From Raja brachyura (lineage: Eukaryota), in assembly GCA_963514005.1 (NCBI GenBank), contig OY740785.1, positions 79,608,001 through 79,672,000 on the forward strand: DNA of 64,000 nt, given 5' to 3'. Positions within the stretch are counted from its first letter, which is position 1; every line of letters starts with the position of its first letter. Shown here one piece after another: positions 24,745-38,238 of the stretch. The translations under genes and the position numbers were made by a program. A model generated the notes under the pieces. That model saw nothing but the letters and a program-made list of their open reading frames with translations. It was not told where the DNA came from and did not search any database.

Positions 24745-25420
24745 CAAGAGTCAAGTCAAGAGAGTTTTATTGTCATGTGTCCCAGATAGGACAATTAAAT
24801 TCTTACTTGATACAGCACAACAGAATATGTAAACATAATGCAAAACGCAAGATAAAAGTTCAGTGTGTCTATAGACCATAGACATCATATACACAATAAA
24901 TAAACAGATTATAGTGCAATAATAATAATAGTCTGTTATTGTTCAGAGCTTATTTGATGGTACACAAAGAGCTGCAGAAACTCAGCGGGTGTAGCAGCAT
25001 CTAAGGAGCGAAGGACATAGGCAACGTTTCGGGCCGCAACCCTTCTTCAGAGCTTATTTGATGTTGTGTTTAATAGCCTGATGGCTGTGGGGAAGCAGCT
25101 GTTCCTGAACCTGGACGTTACAGATTTCAGGCTCCTGTACCTTCTTCCCGATGGCAATGGTAAAATTAGTGTGTGACCAGGATGGTGTGGGTCTTTGATG
25201 ATGTTGGCAGCCTTTTTGAGGCAACGACTGCGATAGATCCCTTCGATGGTGGGGAAGTCAGAGCCGGTGATGGACTGGGCAGTGGTCACAACTTTCTGCA
25301 GTCTTTTCCGCTCCTGGCTGAACCAGGCCACGATGTAGTCAGTCAGTATGCTCTCTACTGCACCTGTAGAAGTTCGAGAGGTCTTCCTTGACATGCTGAC
25401 TCTCCGTAATCTTCTCAGGA
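24745..25420 (-). mobile_element. Rex1/Babar 3' fragment interrupted by a Penelope tail (~24960-25051)
   Basis: ORF 25047-25394: CLKKAANIIKDPHHPGH..LPSGRRYRSL..RFRNSCFPTAIRLLN. ttcagagcttatttgatg is duplicated on both sides of the insert. Confidence 0.8.
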
Positions 25421-26227
25421 TAGGATAGACAGTCAGAACTTTTTTCCCTTGATGTAAAAATCAAATATTAGAGGGCATAGCCTTAAAATGAGAGCAGTAA
25501 AGTCTAATGGAGTTGTCTGGGGCAAGTTATTTTTTTACATACAATGTGTGCCTGGATTACTCTGCTGGGGCTGGTGGTTGAGGAGGATACAATATTGACA
25601 TTTAAGTGACTTTTGGATGGGCATATAGACATGTAGAGTGTGGTAAGAAATTGATTTTGTGCAGGCAGATAAAAGTTGGTTTTGGCATCTTGTTCAGCAA
25701 GGACATCGTGGGCCTGTTCTTGCGCTGTGCTATATAACCCTTACAATCGTTGTCTGTTTCTTCAACCGTCCAGACTCTGGGTCCGATGCTCAGCATCGCA
25801 GATCCATTGGATAAAAGACTATTGTATATAACAGATCATTACTGAATCATGAGAGGTTTTGAAAATGATGGCTATATCTTCTGCAACATATGCCTGCTTC
25901 CATTAAAACACAAGGATTGAAGCTACGTGGTCCTGTCTTTGCATTATTTTTGTCTAATTCTCTTTTCTTGTTAACTTCAGTTAGTCCCATGCCTTAATTT
26001 ATCATCAGTTTCTCTGGCACGTTGGAAATTGTATTCTCATCCTTTAATATCGAGTTTGGCAAAGGATAATTATTTAACATTTGGAATGTATATTCCCATT
26101 TGCATTGCTTGTAAAGAAGCAAGGTTACCAGAACATAGCCTAAACTTCTAATATAACCATGGAGAGCTTTGTGTTAATCCTGTTATCATCTGTAAGTATT
26201 TTCTAATTTTCTTTTTATGTCATTATG

Positions 26228-27262
26228 TAGGTATGTTACAAAACTTACCTTTAGCGGCGCTGCATTTCTGCCGCTCCCCGTGTGCGCGACTTTAGCGCCT
26301 GTCAGAGGGGGGCGGGCTTAAAGTGCCGATTTTCACCAGACCAGGATAATCGATGAATGTCGGGCGATTTAATTGCGGAAGAAAAATCGCTCCGACATTT
26401 CATCCATTAAGGTATTTTTAAATTACTCTAAGTTATTTGTTAACTAGAGTAATTTAAAAATCACCTTCAAAAGCCGTGACCGCAGACAACCGGAAGCATT
26501 TTCCGTAGGGGAGAAAAAAAGGTAAATACTTTATTTTTTTATTAAAAGTTGGTTTTTTGGGAGGCATAAATACTATTTTAATGTTGCGAAATGGGGTCCC
26601 CAAAAAATGTATGAACCCCCAGTATTTCCCCCCCCGACTTCACCGCAAACCGCAACGTTCCAATCCACCGCATTCCACTAAAACCCACTCGCTAGTTGAT
26701 TTAAATGGCCACTTATTTACAGGCATTAAACATTAAATTCCTTCCATTTGGCCCAGAAATTCATGAAAATGAGATTTAAAAATTATGTTATATTGTGGAT
26801 TATTGTGTGAATGTTATTTGGACACTTAGGCAATTAAAAAAAAGTTTATCTTTTCTTAAGAAATTGATAGATGTTTAGATCTACTCATTGAATTTTGTAA
26901 TTAGCTACAATTAGATAACTAACTAATTATATACTTTAATTTCAGGTAATCCAAGTAAGATTGTTTAATATTTGTTTCAGAATGCTTCAATCTATAATGA
27001 CTGAAAATTTCATTGAGTTCTCTTAATTTTTAATAAAGTTATGGGCTTTTAATTTTTCCAGATCACAGCTTTTGAGTTAAGTCAATTGAAAGGCAATGGG
27101 AAGCAAGATACTCATTTCCGAGCATGAAAATGGCCATAACTTTCTTAATACTGAAGATATGAAAGTAAATTAGGTGTCAAATTAAACTTCTTGTTATGCT
27201 TTATCTGATGGGATAAATTGCAGACTTGATTTTTAAAATCTCAAAATTTTGTAACATTGCTA
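26228..27262. mobile_element. Non-autonomous TIR DNA transposon (~1035 bp) with 7-bp TSD CATTATG
   Basis: Left end taggtatgttacaaaa, right end ttttgtaacattgcta (imperfect 16-bp TIR). cattatg at 26221-26227 and 27263-27269. Confidence 0.82.
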
Positions 27263-29388
27263 CATTATGACTGCTTTTTCTAATCCTATTTTGTTCATAT
27301 CATATCTCTCTCAGTCTCTTAGATGTTTGATTGTTGTTTCAAAGGCTTTTACTTACTTTGCTTTGGTTTTACATTCTCTCTCATTTTTGGTTGATTATGG
27401 CTATTTTATGTGGTAAATAGAGCTCTTTACCTAGAGTGGAAAATATTGGTTCTGTATTAACTGAAATTCCTTTTTGATTGGTTCCTATGATTCATCTATA
27501 GTTTAATCCTATAACAGATTCGGTCAGTTTTCTGGTGCCAGTAATTGTGTTAAATTTCCTTTTTTCAACCCATATTTTTGTATTTTCATGCAAATTTTGA
27601 AATGTATCAATTTTCGATAAGAGTTCCATTATTGTTAGTTAGTTAACTATTGTAAATCTGGTGAACTACTCATTACTAAAACTAATAGGATCTGCTTTCT
27701 TGTTGGTCCCAGAATATGTTGCTCTCATAAATGCCTTGAAGGCACTAAGGATATTCACTACCTTTTGACTTGAGCTATTCTATTCTATCCAATTTAAATG
27801 AAAATTCATGCCTTCGAATAAAATAAGTTCGCTTTTGCTTCAAGCAAAATGATCTCTGAATTAATACATTTTGTCTCTTTATTGGTACCAACAGGAACTC
27901 TGCAGACAACTCCTATTAAAGTTTTATACCCATTCTTATCCTATTTGCTTCTGGCTGCTAGTGTTCAATTTTCGGCAGATTATATGCATGCATTGATCAG
28001 GAGCTACAATATAATCACAGGCAAAGAGTTTCATAGGTAATTTGTTATTTTTATAATCACATCTAATGTTTTCATCAGAAGTCATCAAGTTTCAGGGTTG
28101 GACAACTTCACAACCCACTCCTTTAATAACATCTGATCGTTATGGTGAAGCTGAATATTTGAATGGATAACCTTATGTATTAATGGGTACAATTCTAAGG
28201 AATAGTATGAATATACTATTACCTAATAACTGACAACTCCTTTGTAGTTTTGGCTTCAGGGTGGCTTTCAGACTAAGCTAGTGAATCCTATTAAAAATGA
28301 TGGACTTACACCATACCAAGGGCAAATTATCCAGTTAAAGTGATGGAAACCAAAAAAAACCATCCCTACAATGAGAAAACGACTTCCATTTTTATAGCAT
28401 CTTTAAAACAGTAATAATGTCCCAAAGTGCATGATAAGATTCAGCCATATCTTTTGACAGATACGCAAAACTTATTTGAAGAGGTGAACTGTAAGGAGGC
28501 CATAAAGGAAGAAAGAGAGGTAGCAATTGTTTAAGATCGGGAATTCCACGGCTTTTGTCCTTCGTCGTTGAAGGCATGGTCACCAATGAAATCAAAATCT
28601 ACGGAGCAATCAAATCTACGGAAATTAGAGGAATTTAAATATTCAGAGGTTTATCAGCTTGATGAGATTTTTCAAATAGAGAGGCGCAAGATCAAAGAGA
28701 GGATTTTAAACATGGATAAAAAAAATTAAAGTAAGGCATTGCTTAAATGGGAACGAGTGTAGGTCATTAAGCACATGATACAAAAGTGGGGGGTTTTGCA
28801 GATAGTGAAGATGGCTGTGAAAGATTGCAGCAGGATCTTGATCGATTGGCCAGGTCAAAACAAAACATCTTTAAAGCATTCTTTAATGATGTTTTGTTTT
28901 TATTTTAACCTGTATTAGTGAATTCAATTGAAAAATGATCATTTTTATTTGAAAATCTTAACAATGTTCTTCTCTGTATTAGAAAGTAGATCTTGTTAGA
29001 TAAGGTAGAAAAACAGTTTTCTTCAAACACCATATTCAAAATGAACAGTTATGTAAGCCATAAATAAAAGTAATGCTGGAAATATTCATTGGTTTGTCAA
29101 TATTTGTAGGAAAGGGCTAAAATTAATATTGCAATCAGTAAAGATTCAACTGATAAAATATCATTGACCTGAAACATTAACTATTCCTCTCTCCACAAAT
29201 GTTGTCTGATCTGCTGAACATTTCTGTTTTTAATTCAGATTTCCAGTGGCTGCAGTTTTTGTCCTTTACAATCATGTACAGCAGATGGTACACAGAAAAG
29301 CTCTATTTTCCCTGTTTCCCCCAGCAAAGGGTCATTCTAATTTCAGCTATATTTCACACTCAACCAACACATGGCAAGTAGATTATAA

Positions 29389-29689
29389 TGGGCCTGTCCT
29401 ACTTACGCAACTTTTTCGGCAACTGCCAGCAAAAATTATAGGTTGTTACAGGTCGCCGAAAATTTTCAACATGTTGAGAAACCAGCGGCGACCAGAACAA
29501 GGTACAACTCTTTGGGCGATTACTCATGACCATACCACGACATGTTGCCGGGGTGTCGCCTGTATGGTCGTGAGTAGTCTTCTCAGTCGCTGTTGGATTT
29601 TCAACATGTTGAAAATTTTAGGCGACCTGCAATGACCTATGACAGGTGCTGGCAGTCGCCGAAAAAGTCGCGTAAGTGGGACAGGCCCA
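29389..29689. mobile_element. PIF/Harbinger-type MITE, largely palindromic
   Basis: TIR tgggcctgtcctacttacgc / gcgtaagtgggacaggccca extends ~90 bp inward; TAA TSD on both sides. Confidence 0.9.
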
Positions 29690-30329
29690 TAAGGCTATTA
29701 ACTATTTGCACTTGTATTGATGTCCTGCCATAACAAGCCTGCCATATTTGTCTATGTAACAATAACTGCACAATGAAACTAATCATCTGATTGCTGATCA
29801 TAGAAACATAGAAAAATAGGTGCAGGAGTAGGCCATTCGGCCCTTCGAGCCTGCACCGCCATTCAATGTGATCATCTTAAGGAATGCACATCAGAAAAAT
29901 GTCAATTGTTTATTTCCAACGTGTTACTGCTGCAGCTGTTTTTATTTTTAAAATCTGTTATTGAATGATGAATTGACATGTTTTCTTACCCCGTTCCCAC
30001 TCTCTCACCTCCCCTGATCACACTTCCTCCCACGTAGCTGATAACTTCCCGATATCCTAGCCAAACTTCACCCCTAATGTCCAAATCCATCCCTCTCTCT
30101 GGCTGTCTAAGGCTGTACTAAGTTGCTCACAATCTTGTTCCATATTTGATCCAAAGTTAAATTTAGGAACTCATGTCCATGCCATTTGATTCTGTCTCAG
30201 ATCTTCTGCTGGTAAAATCTTCACCAATGCCTTTGTTGCCTCTAATCCAAAAGGTATTTGGCCAAGCTCTCTGATCCAGCTTTGTTGACTGTGTCCTTGC
30301 TCAAACCAAGTATTGCTTATCCATTGGGC

Positions 30330-30955
30330 CTGTGTCATAGAGTGATACAGTGTGGAAATAGTTTATTCGGCCCAACTTGTTCGCACCGGTCAATATGTCC
30401 CAGTTGCACTAGTCATACCTGTCTGTGTTTGATCGATATCCCTCCAAACCTGTCCTATCCATGTACCTGTCTAACTGTATCTTAAACATTGGGATAGTCC
30501 CAGTCTCAATTACCTCTCTGGCATAGACCCACCACCCTTTATATATAAATCTTTTCCCCTTCAACTTGAACTTATGTACTCTGGCCCTCAATTCCCCTAT
30601 TCTGGACAAGATATTGTGTGCATCTACCCGATTTATTCCTCTCATTTTATACGGCTCCATAAGATCACCCTTCATCCTCCTGCACACCAAGGAATAGAAA
30701 CCCAGCCTACTCAACCTCTCCCTATAGCGCAGACGCTCTAGTCCTGGCAACATCCTCGTAAATCTTCTCTGAACCCTTTTAAGCTTTACAATATCTTTCA
30801 AATATATCTTCCATGTGCCTGCTCTCCTAGATCCCTCAACAACACTCCCCCAAGGCCTACCATTCACTATGTAGCTCCTGCCCTTGTTAGACATCCCAAA
30901 ATGCAATACCTCACATTTCTCTGTATTAAATTTCATCAACCTCTCCTCAGCCCAA
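30330..30955 (-). mobile_element. Decayed CR1 ORF2 3' part
   Basis: MKFNTEKCEVLHFG, LKRVQRRFTRMLPGL. Confidence 0.85.
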
Positions 30956-31099
30956 CTGACTTTTGTTTTAAAAAAAACTGTTGTTAAAGAGGTACTGAGA
31001 TATCAGACTAGTTTTACTCGTATTCCAATGTTTAAATGCTATACCAATCCCTTCCCACAGATTTGCTCAAGGTTAATTGCAGAATAATGGAAACACAAG

Positions 31100-31582
31100 G
31101 AACATAGAAACATAGAAAATAGGTGCAGGAGTAGGCCATTCGGCCCTTCGAGCCTGCACCGCCATTCAATGTGATCATGGCTGATCATCCAACTCAGTAT
31201 CCCGTACCTGCCTTCTCTCCATACCCCCTGATCCCTTTAGCCACAAGTGCCACATCTAACGCCCTCTTAAATATAGTCAATGAACTGGCCTCAACTACCT
31301 TCTGTGGCAGAGAATTCCAGAGACTCACCACTCTCTGTGTAAAGAATGTTTTCCTCATTTCGGTCCTAAAGGAATTCCCCCTTATACTTAGACTGTGACC
31401 CCTTGTTCTGGACTCCCCCAACATCGGGAACAATCTTCCAGCATCTAGCTTGTCCAACCCCTTAAGAATTTTGTAGGTTTCTATAAGATCCCCCCTCAAT
31501 CTTCTAAATTCCATCGAGTACAAACCGAGTCTATCCAATCTTTCCTCATATGAAAGTCCTGACATCCCAGGAATCAGTCTGA
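31100..31582 (-). mobile_element. Young 5'-truncated CR1
   Basis: RLIPGMSGLSYEERLDRLGLYSMEFRRLRGDLIETYK...GTGY; near-identical to 45380-45858. Confidence 0.92.
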
Positions 31583-32914
31583 TGCTTGAGCAAAACACAG
31601 TGTTGGAGTAACTCAACAGGTCATGCAGCATCTGTGGAGCAAATGTGTCGACAACAGTTTGGGTCAAGCTCTCTTTTAAAATCAAAATAGTAGAGATGCT
31701 GAAGATTTGAAATTGCTGGAAATATTTAGACATTTGCTGAGATCGATAATATTTTCGGGTAACGATCCTGAGATGCAGTTGAAGACGAATGGTACTCAGG
31801 AATACAAGGATGGAAGTCAAAGAGGGTAAAACATTTGCAGTTGAATGAATAGTTGTGAAATTTACACCTAGTAGCCCAAATTCTGGTTAATAACAAGAAA
31901 AACAAATCTTTCCCAGAGGCATGGGAAAATGGGCGATACAATCTTTGAAAATAAACAAAGAACCTGATTAATTGTGGGAACTGGCCTTTTAAATACATAC
32001 TTGGCCTAGATGTGGAAAGAAGAGCCGGAAAGAATTGCGGTAAGATTGATGGGGTGGAAAATGAGCAGAGTCAGCAAAGAAAATCACCAAGTCAAGTCGA
32101 GTTAATTGCCATATGCATAGATGGCGAAGTACAAGTACAATGAAGATCTTGCTTGTAGCAGTATCACAGGCACATAGACAGCACATAGAAACATAAAATT
32201 ATACATAAATTACATATAAATTCTACATATTGATCTCTGGTAGTGTAATGCTATTGTGCCAGAGAAATATCAGAAGGGAAAATAAGGTTGACAATTTGTC
32301 TTGAATACGAAGTCAGTAATAAAAATTAAGAAGTAGGCCAAAGTTATCTGCTTAATGGAAATTATGACAGATCAGTTTGCATAGGGATTTTCATAAACCA
32401 TTAGCTTTATAAGGTGAAATAAAAACAATGCATAAAAATTCTACTTAATGTAAGTGAACACGTATTGGAATCATTATCTTGTCTATGTTGGGAGTTGGTG
32501 TCGATTTTTAACTGGAAAAACATGAGTATTGCAGATCATTCATCATATAAATTAACTATTCTATATTTTACAGTAGAAAAATGCAAGAAATATGTTCAAA
32601 CTGATAGTCTGACATAATAACTGATTTTCTTTCCACATAATCTACCTAACCAGCAATTTCCTACATTTTCTATTTTTATTTTCTTTTCCACACAAGACAT
32701 CAATAGAATTCAATGCAACGTAGCATGAATGCATATTTCAGTAAAAGGAAATGATTGTGAAGCCTGACAGAGTCATACAGCATCGAGACATGCTCACTGA
32801 GTATACGCTAGTCATTAAGATGTCATTTACACTAATTGTACAATAATCCCATTTTAATCTCCCCACATGCCAATCAACTGCACAGATGTATCAGTCACCT
32901 ACATATTATACCAG

Positions 32915-34360
32915 AACCAACCAATCCCCGTCTACTAATACTCTCCTCCGCCTAGCGGAGCTGGTCCTTAGCCTCAACAACTTTTCCTTTGACTCCTCCC
33001 ATTTCCTCTAAATCCAAGGCGTAGCAATGGGCCCCTGCTATGCCAGCCTCTTTGTAGGGTATGTCGAACAATCCTTGTTCGAAGCGTACCGTGGCCCTAT
33101 CCCCGAACTATACCTCCGCTACATTGAAGACTGCATTGGTGATACCTCCTGCACCCATGCCGAACTCACTGACTTCATCCATTTCACCACTAACTTCCAT
33201 CCGGCACTCAAATTCACCTGGACCATTTCCGACATATCCCTACTGGTTCTAGATCTCACCATCTCCATCGCAGGCAACAGACTACTAACAGACATCTACT
33301 ACAAACCCACTGACTCCCATGTCTATCTGGACTACACTTCATCCCACCCTGCTTCCTGTAAGGACTATATTGCCTATTCCCAATTTCTCCATCTACACCG
33401 CATCTCCACCCAGGATGAGGTGTTCCAAACCAGGGCATCGGAGATGTCCTCATTCTTTAGGGAACAGGGCTTCCTCTCTTCTATTATAGATGAGGCTCTC
33501 ACCAGGGTCTTCTCTATATCCCGTAGCTCCCCTCTCACTCCCCATTCCCCTACCCTTAACAAGGGCAGAGTCCTCCTTGTCCTTACCTTCCACCCTACCA
33601 GCCATCGCATACAACATATAATCCAACGACAATTTCACCACCTCTAACGGGATCCCACCACTGGCCACACCTTCCCATCTCCTCCCCTTCCTGCTTTCTG
33701 CAGAGACCATTTCCCTCCATAACTCCCTGGTCAATTCGTCCCTTCCCACCAAAACCACCTGGTACTTTCCCTTACAACCGCAGGAAATACTACACTTGTC
33801 GCTTTACCTCCCCCCTCGACTCCATCCAAGGACCCAAGCGGTCTTTCCAGGTGAGGCAGAGGTTCACCTGCACCCCCTCTAACCTCATCTATTGCATCCG
33901 ATGTACCAGGTGTCAACTGCTCTACATCAGTAAAACCAAGCACAGGCTTGGCGATCGCTTCACCCAACATCTCCGCTCAGTTTGCAATAACCAACCTGAT
34001 CTCCCAGTGGCTCAGCACTGCAACTCCCCCTCCTATTCCGAATCCAACCTTTCTGTCCTGGGCTTCCTCCATAGCCAGAGTGAGTCCCACCACAAATTGG
34101 AGGAACAGCACCTCATATTTCGCTTGGGTAGTTTACACTCCAGCGGTATGAACATTGACCTACAATTTCAGGTAGTCCTTGCTTTCTCCTTCCTTCCCCT
34201 CCCGTTCTCAGCTCTCCCACAGCCCACTGTCGTCACCTCTTCCTTTCTTCCCCCCCCCCCCCAGCATCAGTCTGAAGAAGGGTCTCGACCCAAAACCTCG
34301 CCTATTCCTTCTCTCCATAGATGCTGCCTCACCCGCTGAATTTCTCCAGCTTTTTTGTCT
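32915..34360 (+). mobile_element. Penelope-like element: decayed RT + GIY-YIG endonuclease + 3' tail
   Basis: GVAMGPCYASLFVG, YLRYIED (YIDD-like), YYKPTDSHVYLDYTSSHP and NLIYCIRCTRCQLLYISKT..LGDRF..H; contains stops and frameshifts. Confidence 0.9.
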
Positions 34361-34589
34361 ACATATCATTTACAATTATCAATTTACCTAACAATCTGCA
34401 CGTATTTTTACGAGAAAACTGGAGCACCTAGTCACCCTCGCAGCTATGGGAAGAATTTGCAAACTGTACAGGCAGTACTGGAGGTCAATACTGAACCCAG
34501 ATTGCATGAGGTCTTACACAGCAGCTCTACTAGGTGCACATTTGTGTCTGTAAAACTTTTGACAATGGTATGAAAATCTACGATGACTT

Positions 34590-35400
34590 TCGAATCCGAT
34601 TCAGATTCAGATTCAATTTTAATTGTCATTGTCAGTGTACAGTACAGAGACAACGAAATGCATTTAGCATCTCCCTGGAAGAGCGACACAGCAAATGATT
34701 TGAATAAATAACAATAAGTGTCCGGGGGGGGGGGTGATTGGCAGTCACCGAGGTACGTTTTTGAGTAGCGTGACAGCCGCCGGAAAGAAGCTGTTCCTGG
34801 ACCTGCTGGTTCGGCAACGGAGAGACCTGTAGCGCCTCCCGGATGGTAGGAGGGTAAACAGTCCATGGTTGGGGTGAGAGAGGTCCTTGGCGATGCTGAG
34901 CACCCTCCGCAGACGATGCTTGCTTTGGACAGACTCAATGGAGGGGAGCGAGGAACCGGTGATGCGTTGGGCAATTTTCACCACCCTCTGCAATGCCTTC
35001 CGGTCGGAGACAGAGCAGTTGCCATACCAAACTGTGATGCAGTTGGTAAGGATGCTCTCGATGGTGCAGCGGTAGAAGTTCACCAGGATCTGAGGAGACA
35101 GATGGACCTTCTACAGTCTCCTCAGGAAGAAGAGACGCTGGTGAGCCTTCTTGATCAGAGTTGAGGTATTGTGGGTCCAAGAGAGGTCGTCGGAGAGGTT
35201 GACTCCCAGGAACCTGAAGCTAGAAACACGTTCCACCTCCGTACCGTTAATGTGGATGGGGGCGTGCGTGCCGCCCCTGGACTTCCTGAAGTCTACAATG
35301 AGCTCCTTGGTCTTCTTGGAGTTAAGGGCCAGGTTGTTGTCAGCGCACCATGCTGCTAAGTGCTGGACCTCCTCCCTGTAGGCCGACTCATCATTGTTGC
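34590..35400 (-). mobile_element. Rex1/Babar LINE 3' part (RT C-terminus) with (GAATCT)n tail
   Basis: WCADNNLALNSKKTKELIVDFRK, KAHQRLFFLRRL, FYRCTIESILT, LPSGRRYRSLRCRTSR. Confidence 0.9.
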
Positions 35401-36589
35401 GCTGTAGATGTGAAACCTCGTATGGGTTCACAATATAGACAGCCTGCACCCGAGAATTGTTCATCAATCTATTATTGTCATGTGTACCATGGTACACTGA
35501 CAAGCCTTTTTTGTTGCATGCTATCCAGTCAATGAAAAGACTACATGATTACAATCAACCCATCCACAATGTCCAAATACAGGATAAAGGGTATATAATT
35601 TAATATATGATAAAGTACGATTAAAGATTGTTCAAAAGGTCTCCAATGAGATAGATGGGAGGTCAAGACGGCACTTTAATTGGTGAGAGCTATATTTAAG
35701 AAGGAGTTAGATGTGGCCCTTGTGGCTAAGGGGATCAGAGGGTATGGAGAGATGGCAGGTACGGGATACTGAATTGGATGATCAGCCATGATCATATTGA
35801 ATGGCGGTGCAGGCTCGAAGGGCCAAATGGCCTACTCCTGCACCTAATTTCTATGTTTCTATGAGAGGACAGTGCCTGATAGTGGTAACAGCTGGGAAGA
35901 AACTGTCCTTGAATCAAGAAGTATGCGTTTACAATCTTTACCTCTTGCCTGATGGGAGAGGGATCTCATCTGCTGGTCCTATCTGTTAGTTATAGATTAT
36001 TCATTGTCAAACCTTAAAAATTCACGAAACTTTAGAAATATTTGAATGTGCAGAGATATGCTTGCACTGGTTCGTGATATTCTACTCATGTTGGCATATC
36101 CTATCAAGTCTCTAAATTATTTCAGGAGCATTCTGATCACTCTTTTATCATATTCCATAACATATATTTGCTGAATCAGGTTAGCTGATATGCATGGTTT
36201 CAGATTTCTAACACTTAACTTTTTTTTTGTTTTTGGCATGCTTGGAGAAAATAATTTTTACCAAGCAGTTATGAAAAGTGAAAATCTCTGACTCTTGCAT
36301 AGTATTAATTGAACACTAGATGGCCCCTGATAGGAATAAGTACTCTATTTACTGGCAATTAAAGTTTAATAATGGCTTCATTATTCTTTGAATGGAAAGG
36401 TCGATAGACTTTGGGAATAAACAGTTAATTATTACTACAATGAGAGTTTATTTTCACATTACAGGAAAGTAAATATGGAAACAGTGGAGTGTTCCAATTT
36501 TTCATTTTAGTTTTATGCTATCAATCTTCGACGATTTCCTGCCTTCAGGAATAATGATAAATTTCCAAAAGTAAAATACTGCAGATGTT

Positions 36590-36920
36590 TCCTCCACATG
36601 CAACTTGCCCATTTAGCTCCTTCCTTCTTATCATCCTGGGACCCAAAGACTCTTCCAGGTAAGCAGCCATTTACTTGTACTTCGTTCAACTGAGTAAACT
36701 GCATTATTTGCTCAAAATGTGGTGTGCTGTACACTGGGGAAACCAATGTAGATTTGCAGGACAACTGTGTTCTGACTGCAAGAATGACCTTGAGTTTCTC
36801 CATCACACTTCCTTGTACCTTGCCCTGTCCCAACAAAGCCCAACGTAAGCTTGGGGAAGAACATTTCATCTTCTGACTCAACACATTACAATCTACAGGG
36901 CGCAAAAAATAATTCACCAA
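36590..36920 (+). mobile_element. Old Penelope GIY-YIG fragment
   Basis: ttccaggtaagcagccatttacttgtac...tgtggtgtgctgtacactggggaaacc is homologous to 33845-33940. Confidence 0.6.
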
Positions 36921-37957
36921 TAAGTAAGTTTTAATTTTCTTTCAACAATTTTCCTTTGTAAATTGGTTATTTATGAAAATATTGGATTTGGTTGAAATAG
37001 CGAAGAGGGGGAGCAGTTTCTTTCATCAGACAGTCGGGAGGAAGGGTAAAGATCACAGAATTCTATTCAATGAAACAAAGTAGGGAACACAACATCCTGT
37101 TCTGCCAACAATAGGTGGGGAAGAATTTATTGGCATGGCCACTACGTTTGTGTTTATGACTACATACTAGTTTGGTTTCAGAAAATCATACTTGCAGCAT
37201 AAACTCACTTGATCTAAGTTGATCTAAGTGGACAATTGTCCACTTAAAAATAAATAAATCAAAACATGAACTATTTCAGTTTTAAATGGGAATTCTAAAT
37301 TTGAAAATGCACTGTTAGTACCTGTGTAGGTAATTATATGGTGTTATTTTTGGATACTCTTTCAATTTATAACCTTTGGAAAAAAAGCAAGCCATCGTTT
37401 TGCCGAGATCAACAATCAAAAAGGAATAAACTGCGATTAGTTGCTAAGGAATGAGCGAGGTTTGTATAATTATATTGCCATTTTAAATTAATTGCTAAAC
37501 TGTAAATATCGAACAAGGGGTAAGTGAATGCCAAATGTTACATGAATTAAATGAAAGTTGAAAAAAGAAACATGGGTATATTGGCTAGGAATAAAGTGAA
37601 TTTGTAAAACATAATGAATGCTAATTTGTTTGGATAATATGAGAACGGTGGCAAATGGTTAAAAGAAAAGTCATGAAGTAAAATGTAGATGAGGACTTAA
37701 AAAGCTTTTTACAATTTTGACACAAGAGTTTATTGAAGGGTGGTGATCAGAATGATTTTATATGATGGAACAATTAATATGGTATTGTATTGAACCTAAA
37801 CAAAATTCTATATTAAGGGAACCAAGACTAATTATTGATGTATTTCCTTTGTTTTTCCTTTATGATATCTGCACATTAAAATATAAAAAAAGAATGCTAA
37901 TCAAAATCATGACATGGCTTTTCAGAAAGGAATCAACCTTAAAGTATATCCTTTTAG

Positions 37958-38238
37958 GTCAGGGGGAGTTCCCACCGCCACGGGTAGCATGTAATCACGT
38001 GCTACCTGCTCCATGGTCGGACAGTCGGCAACTAAGCTGCCTCCCCAACCTGGTTTGCCAGGTGAGGATGGGGCTGTGAGCCTCCAGCAGGACCAAAAAC
38101 AAGACCTGTCAAAGGGCGGATGAGCTCCTAGCGAGCCAACGGCCATCCACACATCAGTAGAAGTTGCGATCACTGTCGTACATAGTATTGTACGGCACCG
38201 TGCCCGTTGATGTTTCCAACTTTCATGATGATGATGAT
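37958..38238 (+). mobile_element. Short GC-rich retroposon with an (ATG)n tail (RTE/RTEX-like, inferred)
   Basis: Sharp GC-rich island in AT-rich DNA ending catgatgatgatga; tttag on both flanks; structured 5' half. Confidence 0.5.
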
